DNA from: Planctomycetota bacterium
GTDB taxonomy: Bacteria; Planctomycetota; B15-G4; JADJEK01
Direction: 5' to 3'
Assembly (NCBI GenBank): GCA_044225365.1
Contig: JBGAIQ010000071.1
Span: 1-26,043 of the forward strand
Length of the DNA stretch: 26,043 nucleotides
Below the pieces are notes generated by a model. That model saw only the letters and a program-made list of their open reading frames with translations, made no database searches and had not been told where the DNA came from. Numbering within the stretch: the first letter of the stretch is position 1; every line of letters starts with the position of its first letter. The translations under genes and the position numbers were made by a program. Of this stretch, positions 19,347 through 26,043 are shown piece by piece.

Positions 19347-19390
19347 GACTCCTAAAACCTTAGGATCCGACTCCGAAAGATTTAGGAGTC
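19347..19390. promoter_or_regulatory. Tandem 22-bp palindromic operator, probably bound by the BlaI-type repressor
   Basis: GACTCCTAAAACCTTAGGATCC (19347-19368) directly followed by GACTCCGAAAGATTTAGGAGTC (19369-19390); consensus GACTCCTAAAnnTTTAGGAGTC; 78 bp upstream of the blaI-like start. Confidence 0.75.
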
Positions 19391-19703
19391 TGCGGGACGA
19401 ATGCAACGAGACACTTTGGAAAAAACCGTTTACGACGACGAACGGGCCGCATTGGAGGAATTCACGAACTCCAGCTTCCGGACCGCGGGGGGAGCGGCGC
19501 CGCGGGTGGGGCCTTTCGGGATCGCGGCGTTGTGCTACGATCGATGCTCGGCGAGCGCTCGTCCCATGCCCGACATGGCGCTGCGCCATCGATCCGTTCG
19601 GCGACGGGTCGCGACGAATGGCCTCACCCAGCCCTTCGACCGGACCGCGTGGTCCCGAGAAACCGAAGGGAACCCCCGTGGCGATACCGAAAGGGAGGTA
19701 GAC

Positions 19704-19943
19704 GTGTTTCCTACCGCGCTGCGACTCGAAGGGGATGGAATCCGTCGCGAGAAGCTCGAGACGGCAGAGGCCCTAGCGGCTTCCGACCTGCGCCGGCGAG
19801 CGGGTACGACCGTGCATTCGCGAGAGAACGCGAGCGACGGTCCATCCACCGCAAGCCCCTCGAACGAGTTCGACCGCACCGACCGCTACGCCCTCGCGCA
19901 GCCGCTCTTCCATCTCGACGAACTGACGACCGTTCGCTCCTGA
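19704..19943 (+). CDS. Possible small hypothetical protein (79 aa)
   Basis: Strong AAGGGAGG SD 5 nt before GTG; open to TGA 19943; no recognisable motif. Confidence 0.4.
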   Translation: MFPTALRLEGDGIRREKLETAEALAASDLRRRAGTTVHSRENASDGPSTASPSNEFDRTDRYALAQPLFHLDELTTVRS

Positions 19944-19993
19944 AGCGATCGCCGATCGATCGATCTTCGGCGCGCCCTCCTATCATGCCGCGC

Positions 19994-22156
19994 ATGCGAA
20001 GCACTCTGCGCGGTCACGACTCCTCGCGTCTCTCGGTTCCTCGCCATTCCTCGCCGTCCTCGTCGTTCGGGCGACGCGGCACACGTCTCCTCGCGGCCTT
20101 GCCGTTCTTGCTCGCTGTCGGATGTTCGCTGTTCTCGCCTCAACAGGAGATCCCGAAGGGTCGCGAGGCGTGGGTCGATTCGCTCCTCCTCGCCGAGGAC
20201 CGCCGCGATGCGAACGATCCGCTCTTCGCCCTCGCGCTCGAGAACGACGATCCCGTGGTCCGCATGTTCGCGTATCGCGGCCTCGGGCGAATCGGGGATC
20301 CCGCGCAGATCGGGCTCATCCTGAAGTCCGCGCGGCGTGAGACCGCGCCCGAGCTGCGCGCCGAAGCGATCCTCGCGATGGGGGGCACGGAGAACGCGCG
20401 GATCCTCGACGCGGTCGAGCCGTTCGCGCTCGATCCTTCGATCGCCGCGCGCCGCGCCGTTGCCCGAGCCGTGGGTCGCGCGAAGAGCGATCAATCGCTC
20501 CATCTGCTGTTCGGCCTGATGTCCGATGCGGATCCCGACGTGCGCGCGGAAGCGGCGTTGGGCATCGCGCGGCGACTCGCGGCCGACAAGAGCCTGTTGA
20601 CGGAGCGGTCCGTTCCGGCGTTTCGCAGTCTGTCGAAGAGTGCGATGGAGGACGGCAACGCCAAGGTTCGCGCGGCCGTCACGTTCGCGCTCGGCAAGAC
20701 GGAGATGCCGGAGTTCTCGCAGGTGTTCATCAACGCGCTCGGCGATTCCGATGCGCTCGTTCGGTGCTACGCCGCCGTCGCGTTCCAGACCTTGCCCGTC
20801 CTCGATACCGATGAAGCCGCGCGCGCCGCGCTCATCACGGCGACGAAGGATGCCGAATTCACGGTCGTGGTGGAGGCCTTGAAGGCCCTCGAGCACGTGA
20901 AGGATCCGGCCGTCGCCACGGCGTTGATGGGACTCGTCCGTTCGGACGCTGCGCCCGGAGCGGAGTCGTTCCACGTCCGCGCGGCGGCAACGAAGGCGCT
21001 GGGCAAGCAATTGGCGACCCCGGCCCTCGTCGCCGCGAGCGAGGCCGGACTGCTCGATCCCTCGCCGAGCGTGCGCGTGGAAGCCCTCGATGCGATCGTC
21101 GCACTCGGTACGCCCGAGCAAGCGCGCGCCGCCTGCGATGCGTTTGCTTCGAACAAGAGCGACGATGCCGCGCTGTTCCTGCGATCGCGCGCGGCCGCCG
21201 CGGCTGCGAACCTGCCGAACGAGGCGGGCTTCCCCATCGTCCAGCGCCTGTTCGCCGACGAGTCTCCCGCGGTTCGCGCCGCCGCGATCGAGACGTTGCC
21301 GCGCTTCAAGGGGCACGCTTCGGACGCGGCCGCGATGCTGAAGAAGGCGCTCGCGGAGCAGGACGTCGCGCCGCGTGAGAGCGCCGCGACCGCCGTCGCC
21401 GCGCTTCGCCTCGACTCGCTCGCGCCCGATCTCGTCGCCGCGCTCGAGACCTCTCCCGGTCCCGACTTCATCGAGGCGCGATTGTCGATCCTTCGCGCGC
21501 TCGGCAGCTTCGACAAGCTCGGCCTCGCGACTGCCATCAAGAAGTCGCTCGACGACGACGAGATCGAAGTGCGCCGCGTCGCCGCGGAACAACTCGCGAA
21601 ACTCGGCAGCCTGCTCGAGAAGGCGTCGCCCCGATTGCCGCCGCCTCGCGTCGTCGTGCCCAAGGCCGGGCGCGACTTCCTGAACGCCGCTCCGCGCACC
21701 CAGCTCGAACTCGTCACCACCAAGGGCTCGTTCAAGATCGAGCTCTTCGTCGAAGACGCTCCGGTCCACGCCGCGGCGTTTTCCGAGCGCGCGCTGCACG
21801 GTTTCTACGACGGACTCACGATCCATCGCCTCGTGCCCGGCTTCGTCGTCCAGGGCCTCGATCCGCGCGGCGACGGCTACGGCAGCGGCGGCGCCTCGCT
21901 GCGTGCGGAGAACAACGACTGGCGGTACGATCGAGGCGTCATCGGAATGCCCGATGCGGGACGCGATACCGGCGGCTGCCAGTTCTTCGTCACCTTCCGA
22001 CCGCAGCCGCGGCTCGACGATCGCTACACGATCTTCGCGCGGGTGATCGAAGGCATGGAGACCGTGGAGCGCCTCGACGTCGGAGATCGCATCCTCTACG
22101 TCCTCGCCGCCGCGCCCGCCGCGGCGCAGGATTCGCAACCGAAGAGTCAGGAATAG
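19994..22156 (+). CDS. Lipoprotein with HEAT repeats and C-terminal cyclophilin-type peptidyl-prolyl isomerase
   Basis: Lipobox LLAVGC; repeated D.DP.VR..A..ALG units; FYDGLTIHRLVPGFVVQG.DPRGDG.G, DTGGCQFF, LDDRYTIFARVIEGM. Start 19985 or 19994. Confidence 0.92.
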   Translation: MRSTLRGHDSSRLSVPRHSSPSSSFGRRGTRLLAALPFLLAVGCSLFSPQQEIPKGREAWVDSLLLAEDRRDANDPLFALALENDDPVVRMFAYRGLGRIGDPAQIGLILKSARRETAPELRAEAILAMGGTENARILDAVEPFALDPSIAARRAVARAVGRAKSDQSLHLLFGLMSDADPDVRAEAALGIARRLAADKSLLTERSVPAFRSLSKSAMEDGNAKVRAAVTFALGKTEMPEFSQVFINALGDSDALVRCYAAVAFQTLPVLDTDEAARAALITATKDAEFTVVVEALKALEHVKDPAVATALMGLVRSDAAPGAESFHVRAAATKALGKQLATPALVAASEAGLLDPSPSVRVEALDAIVALGTPEQARAACDAFASNKSDDAALFLRSRAAAAAANLPNEAGFPIVQRLFADESPAVRAAAIETLPRFKGHASDAAAMLKKALAEQDVAPRESAATAVAALRLDSLAPDLVAALETSPGPDFIEARLSILRALGSFDKLGLATAIKKSLDDDEIEVRRVAAEQLAKLGSLLEKASPRLPPPRVVVPKAGRDFLNAAPRTQLELVTTKGSFKIELFVEDAPVHAAAFSERALHGFYDGLTIHRLVPGFVVQGLDPRGDGYGSGGASLRAENNDWRYDRGVIGMPDAGRDTGGCQFFVTFRPQPRLDDRYTIFARVIEGMETVERLDVGDRILYVLAAAPAAAQDSQPKSQE

Positions 22157-22160
22157 GCCG

Positions 22161-23030
22161 ATGGGCGCCGAATCGAAGATCACCGAACGGCTCGTCTTCC
22201 TCACCGGCGTCTCCGGCGCGGGGAAGAGCGCCGCGATGCACTGCCTCGAGGACATGGGCTTCTACTGCGCGGACAACGTGCCCACGGTGCTCATCCCCGA
22301 CTTCGTCCGCGTCATGCGCGAGCGTCGCGAGCAGTTCCCGCTCGTGGCCCTCGTCGTCGACGTGCGTGAGCGCAGCTTCCTGTCCGACTTCATCCCGATC
22401 GTCGAGCGACTGAAGCACGACACGCCGAAGCCCGAGATCCTCTTCCTCGAATGTTCGGACGAGGTCCTCCTGCGGCGATTCTCGGAGACCAAGCGCCCGC
22501 ATCCCCTCGCGCTCGATTCGCGCGCGCTCGACGGCATCAAACGCGAGCGCGAGCTGCTCGCCGACCTGCGCAACGCCGCCGACATCGTGATCGACAGCTC
22601 GAACTTCAACCACTACCAACTGCGCGATCACTTGATGTCGGTCTTCCGCGCGGGTCACAAGCTCGTCGTGTCGGTGGTGTCGTTCGGTTACAAGTTCGGC
22701 GTGCCCCTCGACGCCGACCTCATCTTCGACGTGCGCTTCCTGCGCAATCCGTACTACGTCCCCTCGCTGAAGCCGCTCACGGGCGAGTCCGAGGCCGTCG
22801 ACCGCTACGTGTTCGAGACCGAGGACGCGCAGCACTTCTTCGCCATGCTCGTCGCGTTCGTGAAGGAGATGCTCCCGCGCTACGTGCGCGAGGGCAAGGC
22901 GTACCTCAACATCGGCATCGGCTGCACGGGCGGCAAGCATCGCTCGGTGTCGGTCGCGAAGCGCCTCGCGGCGCAGCTCGAGGGACAGGATTGGGTCGTG
23001 ACCCTCACGCACCGCGATCCGACGAAGTGA
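22161..23030 (+). CDS. rapZ: RNase adapter RapZ / YvcJ P-loop nucleotide-binding protein
   Basis: TGVSGAGKS, DNVP, RRFSETKRPHPL, SFGYKFG, DVRFLRNPYY, GCTGGKHRSV. Confidence 0.96.
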   Translation: MGAESKITERLVFLTGVSGAGKSAAMHCLEDMGFYCADNVPTVLIPDFVRVMRERREQFPLVALVVDVRERSFLSDFIPIVERLKHDTPKPEILFLECSDEVLLRRFSETKRPHPLALDSRALDGIKRERELLADLRNAADIVIDSSNFNHYQLRDHLMSVFRAGHKLVVSVVSFGYKFGVPLDADLIFDVRFLRNPYYVPSLKPLTGESEAVDRYVFETEDAQHFFAMLVAFVKEMLPRYVREGKAYLNIGIGCTGGKHRSVSVAKRLAAQLEGQDWVVTLTHRDPTK

Positions 23031-24429
23031 CGCGCGCAAAGCGCGCGGTGAACGCGGCGAGCGCGAGCACGACGACGGGCCCGATCTGCACCCACAATCG
23101 GTCGATCGAGAATCGGATCTGCCATTCCACGTCGTGGGGCGTCCCGAGATAGACGACGAAGATCCCGAGCACGAAGACGAGCGTCGCGACGATCTCCACG
23201 CGTGCCCGCCGCCACAGTGCTCTGGGTCGCAACGCGCCCGCGATCATCGCGATCACGAAGACGCCTCCGGTGCGCTCGAGCGAAGCGACGGCGTGATTAA
23301 AGAACGCCTCGAGGATCGTCCCCGAGCGCGAGAGGTTCCTCATCGCACGCACGACGAACGAAGTGCCGTCGTTCGGATCCGTGATCATCAGGTCGTTCGT
23401 GAGGTGATAGAAGGAATTGAAGCCGGCCTGCGAGGCGAGGAGGGCGAGCGTCGCCACGAGACACGGCGCGGACCTGCGCAGGTCGAGGGAATCGAGGGAT
23501 CTCCTGCGCGCGAGGAGTTCGATTGCGATCCCGGCGCCGATCCCGATCGCGAGCAGCGCGCCCTCGTTCTTCGAGAACACGAGCGCTCCGAGTCCGAGCA
23601 ACACCACGCCGAACCCGTTTCCATGCACGTCGTCGACATATCGATTCCACGCCACGATCGTGAACGCACCGGAAGTGGCCACCATGCCGTCGCCGACCGC
23701 TTGACCGATCAAGTCCGTCACGCCGCCGGACGTCAGGAACGCCAACACGACGATCGCGCCGAGTCGCGTCCCTCGGCGTCGACACTCTCCGAGCAGGATG
23801 CATGCGAGGGCGATCCAGAACGCTTCGATCGGATACCGATTCTCGACGTGCGTGATCCGGCCTTCGATCGCGAACGTCCAGACCTGCAGCAAGGGGTTCC
23901 AGAGCGGATAGTCGCCATGCGCGACCTGGATCTCGTAGGAAAGTGCGTCCGCGAGCGCCCCGTTGAAGCCGCCCGCCGCGTAGATCGCCTTTGCCTTCGA
24001 CGACCAGATGTTGGCTTCGTCGCCGATGGTGATCGGCCGCGAATGCGCCGCGACGACGTGCCGCGCGACGATCGCGATTGCGATCGCGAGCACGCATCGC
24101 CAGAACCACGGCGAGTCGACCTCGGGCGAGCCCTTCGGACGATCGACGCGTTCGCGACCCGCCCGCGTCGCCGGCCGCTTCCTTTGGGATGCGCGATGGA
24201 CGAGGAAGGCCGTTCCGGCGATCGCCGCGCCCGCGACGAATTCGATCGGAAGCGAGAGCAGGAGCCACGCGAAGACGAACCCTGCAAGCGCGAGCGATCC
24301 GACGACGTAGGCGAAGCCGCAGAATCCGAGCGGCTCATCCCGACGCTCGACGCAAAGCGCACGCAGCAGTTGGACTCCGAGCAGGAAGGGGACGGCGATC
24401 GCGATCGCGATCCCGAACCACGACGACAT
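23005..24429 (-). CDS. Polytopic membrane protein, GT-C (ArnT/PMT-like) glycosyltransferase candidate
   Basis: About a dozen hydrophobic segments; loop GDEANIWSSKAK, HGDYPL, FSKNEG; ATG 24429 overlaps the upstream TGA (TGATG). Confidence 0.65.
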   Translation of the reverse strand: MSSWFGIAIAIAVPFLLGVQLLRALCVERRDEPLGFCGFAYVVGSLALAGFVFAWLLLSLPIEFVAGAAIAGTAFLVHRASQRKRPATRAGRERVDRPKGSPEVDSPWFWRCVLAIAIAIVARHVVAAHSRPITIGDEANIWSSKAKAIYAAGGFNGALADALSYEIQVAHGDYPLWNPLLQVWTFAIEGRITHVENRYPIEAFWIALACILLGECRRRGTRLGAIVVLAFLTSGGVTDLIGQAVGDGMVATSGAFTIVAWNRYVDDVHGNGFGVVLLGLGALVFSKNEGALLAIGIGAGIAIELLARRRSLDSLDLRRSAPCLVATLALLASQAGFNSFYHLTNDLMITDPNDGTSFVVRAMRNLSRSGTILEAFFNHAVASLERTGGVFVIAMIAGALRPRALWRRARVEIVATLVFVLGIFVVYLGTPHDVEWQIRFSIDRLWVQIGPVVVLALAAFTARFARVTSSDRGA

Positions 24430-24989
24430 CAAGGCGCCCGGCCGGGATGATGGAACAGCGTGTAGCGCGGCCGCGTCACGATCGTCTTCAGGCCTTGCTT
24501 GCCGCTTCTCCCGTCCGCGAGGGGCGGCGCCGCGACGGGCGACAGCTCGACCGCGTAGAACGGCGCGCCGAGCGAGTCGACCCGCTCGATCGCGACCGCG
24601 GTGGTGCCGAGCGCCCAGGTCACGCGCCGCGGATACACCATCGACGCCACCTCGTTGCGAAGCCGAAAGACCCGCTCGATCTCGCGCCGCGTCGGGTGCT
24701 CGCAGCTCGTGAACAGCACCACGGGCGCGCCGTCGTCCTCGAGCCGCCACAGGTCGAAGACGATCGACGCATCCTCGCCCATCGAGCGCGCGAGCTTGTC
24801 CGTCATCGGCTCGTCGAGCCTTCGCCACTCGACTCCCCACGCCTCGCCCGCGTGCTCGCGCGCGAGGTCCATCGCGTACGCGGTGAGCCGCCACGACGCG
24901 ATCGCGAACAACGCGGCCAGGATCGCCCCGTCGCGCAAAGTGCGCGCGACTCGGCCATCGCGCATTGGCAGCAGGATCTCGCTGTTCAC
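24429..24989 (-). CDS. Hypothetical protein with N-terminal TM anchor
   Basis: Hydrophobic GAILAALFAIASW segment; translationally coupled to the downstream membrane protein; start GTG 24989 or ATG 24965. Confidence 0.6.
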   Translation of the reverse strand: MNSEILLPMRDGRVARTLRDGAILAALFAIASWRLTAYAMDLAREHAGEAWGVEWRRLDEPMTDKLARSMGEDASIVFDLWRLEDDGAPVVLFTSCEHPTRREIERVFRLRNEVASMVYPRRVTWALGTTAVAIERVDSLGAPFYAVELSPVAAPPLADGRSGKQGLKTIVTRPRYTLFHHPGRAP

Positions 24990-25197
24990 CCTTCGCGCCT
25001 CCGAACCTCGCGCCGCCCGGCATCGCTCGAGCGACGCAACGACCTCGAGCCCAAATCAGGAACGCGCGCCCCGACTCCCCATCACGCGAAATCCCGCTCC
25101 GCCCGTCCATGGGCCGCGCCCTGTCGCGAATCTCCGCTCACCGCCCAGAAAATCGCGCCGCCCCCCGTCCCGCCGATAGAATCTCCCCGTCCCCCGC

Positions 25198-25274
25198 GCG
25201 CCCGTAGCTCAGATGGATAGAGCGCTGGTTTCCTAAACCGGAGGTCGCAAGTTCGACTCTTGCCGGGCGCACCA
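25198..25274 (+). tRNA. tRNA-Arg (anticodon CCT)
   Basis: Acceptor GCGCCCG/CGGGCGC, D arm GCTC..GAGC, anticodon stem CTGGT/ACCGG with loop TTCCTAA, T loop TTCGACT, encoded CCA; -10-like TAGAAT at 25177-25182. Confidence 0.97.
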
Positions 25275-25358
25275 ATCTTCCCGCCGCCGCGATCGGCGAT
25301 TCGCGTGCGTTTACGAAATCGAATCCACCGATTCGAGCGATGCGAAGGAGCGCCGCTT

Positions 25359-25446
25359 TCGCACCCCTTCGCACCGGCTCGCATCCGTCACGCACCGCGA
25401 CTGCCCCCAGAATCGCCCCCAGTTTCGCCCCCAGTTTCGCCCCCAG
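25359..25446. repeat. Phased short direct repeats between tRNA and integrase end
   Basis: TCGCACC-like at 25359, 25369, 25379, 25390; GCCCCCAG at 25403, 25415, 25427, 25439. Confidence 0.8.
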
Positions 25447-26043
25447 TCCCGTGGCCGTCTTCGGTGCCAGTCTTGGCGAGGATCGGAGCGGGCGAAGCGG
25501 CCGGCGCAGTCGCTTCGAGCGCGCGCGCCTTGTCTTCGATGCGCGCGTGCGCGTAGCGGCCGACTGTCAAGCGTGGGTCCGAATGCCGGGCGAGTTCCTG
25601 AGCGGAGCGGAGGTCGACTCCGGAGCGGACGACGGCCGTTACGAACGTATGGCGCAGCGCGTGGAAGTCCACGTCTTGCGTGCTCACTCCCGCCGCCTTC
25701 GCATCGGCGCGAAGCATCCGCGCGGCAATTTCTCGGAGCGGCGTCACGAGCCGGCGATTCGCTCCCGGCTTCCGAGACTTCGGAGGGGCGTCGAGCCGAA
25801 ACACGCGCTCTCCATCGGGCCGGCCGGCCAGCCATCCGCGGAGCATCGTGGCGAGCGTCGAGTGGATCGGTTGGACGTCCCGGCGACGGCGCTTCGAACT
25901 CCCGGCTTCTACGGTGACCGTCGGCGGCTCGTCGTCGAGCCGGAACGAGCCGACCGTGAGACTCTCGATCTCGCTCACGCGAAAGCCGGTTCCGATCGCG
26001 AGCCGATACAGCATTGCTCTGTCGCGTCCGGAGAGCCCTCGGA
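25388..26043 (-). CDS. Tyrosine recombinase/integrase, catalytic C-terminal part (5' beyond window)
   Basis: GTGFRVSEI (R), SKRRR (K), DFHALRH (HxxR), LARHS (H), RYAH (Y); frame stays open to the window edge (RGLSGRDRAMLY). Confidence 0.95.
   Translation of the reverse strand, partial: RGLSGRDRAMLYRLAIGTGFRVSEIESLTVGSFRLDDEPPTVTVEAGSSKRRRRDVQPIHSTLATMLRGWLAGRPDGERVFRLDAPPKSRKPGANRRLVTPLREIAARMLRADAKAAGVSTQDVDFHALRHTFVTAVVRSGVDLRSAQELARHSDPRLTVGRYAHARIEDKARALEATAPAASPAPILAKTGTEDGHGTGGETGGETGGDSGGSRGA

Larger units (their letters stand above)
25275..26043. mobile_element. Edge of a genomic island/prophage integrated at tRNA-Arg
   Basis: Integrase ends 113 bp from the tRNA 3' end and points toward it; the other boundary is not in the window. 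Confidence 0.7.

Noticed and set aside
24430-25110. N-terminal extension of the 701-aa ORF
   Set aside because: It overlaps the 24429..24989 gene in another frame and is Arg-rich noise; the hydrophobic protein starts at ATG 24429.

Overview
GC-rich bacterial chromosomal window; the gene families and style suggest a Planctomycetota-like organism (inference only). In order: 3' end of pstA and phoU; a ~610-bp composite direct/inverted repeat cluster; a SAM methyltransferase divergent from a lipoprotein alpha/beta-hydrolase; trmJ-like gene; biotin operon bioB, bioF::bioD fusion, bioA; a Gly/Ala-rich lipoprotein; a PAS-GAF-PAS hybrid histidine kinase. Then, on the minus strand in transcription order: a BlaI-type repressor with a tandem palindromic operator, an M56 peptidase with a HEAT-repeat sensor, folE, queD, dusB, and a membrane-anchored peroxiredoxin-like gene. 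The ORF track splits that last gene in two, but it reads through an in-frame UGA in a UxxC motif followed by a SECIS-like hairpin, so it is probably a selenoprotein (the best finding). After that: a HEAT-cyclophilin lipoprotein, rapZ, a GT-C-like membrane protein with a coupled partner, tRNA-Arg(CCT), and the 3' part of a tyrosine integrase with phased repeats, i.e. the edge of an integrated element. All calls come from reading motifs by eye; no database searches were run.
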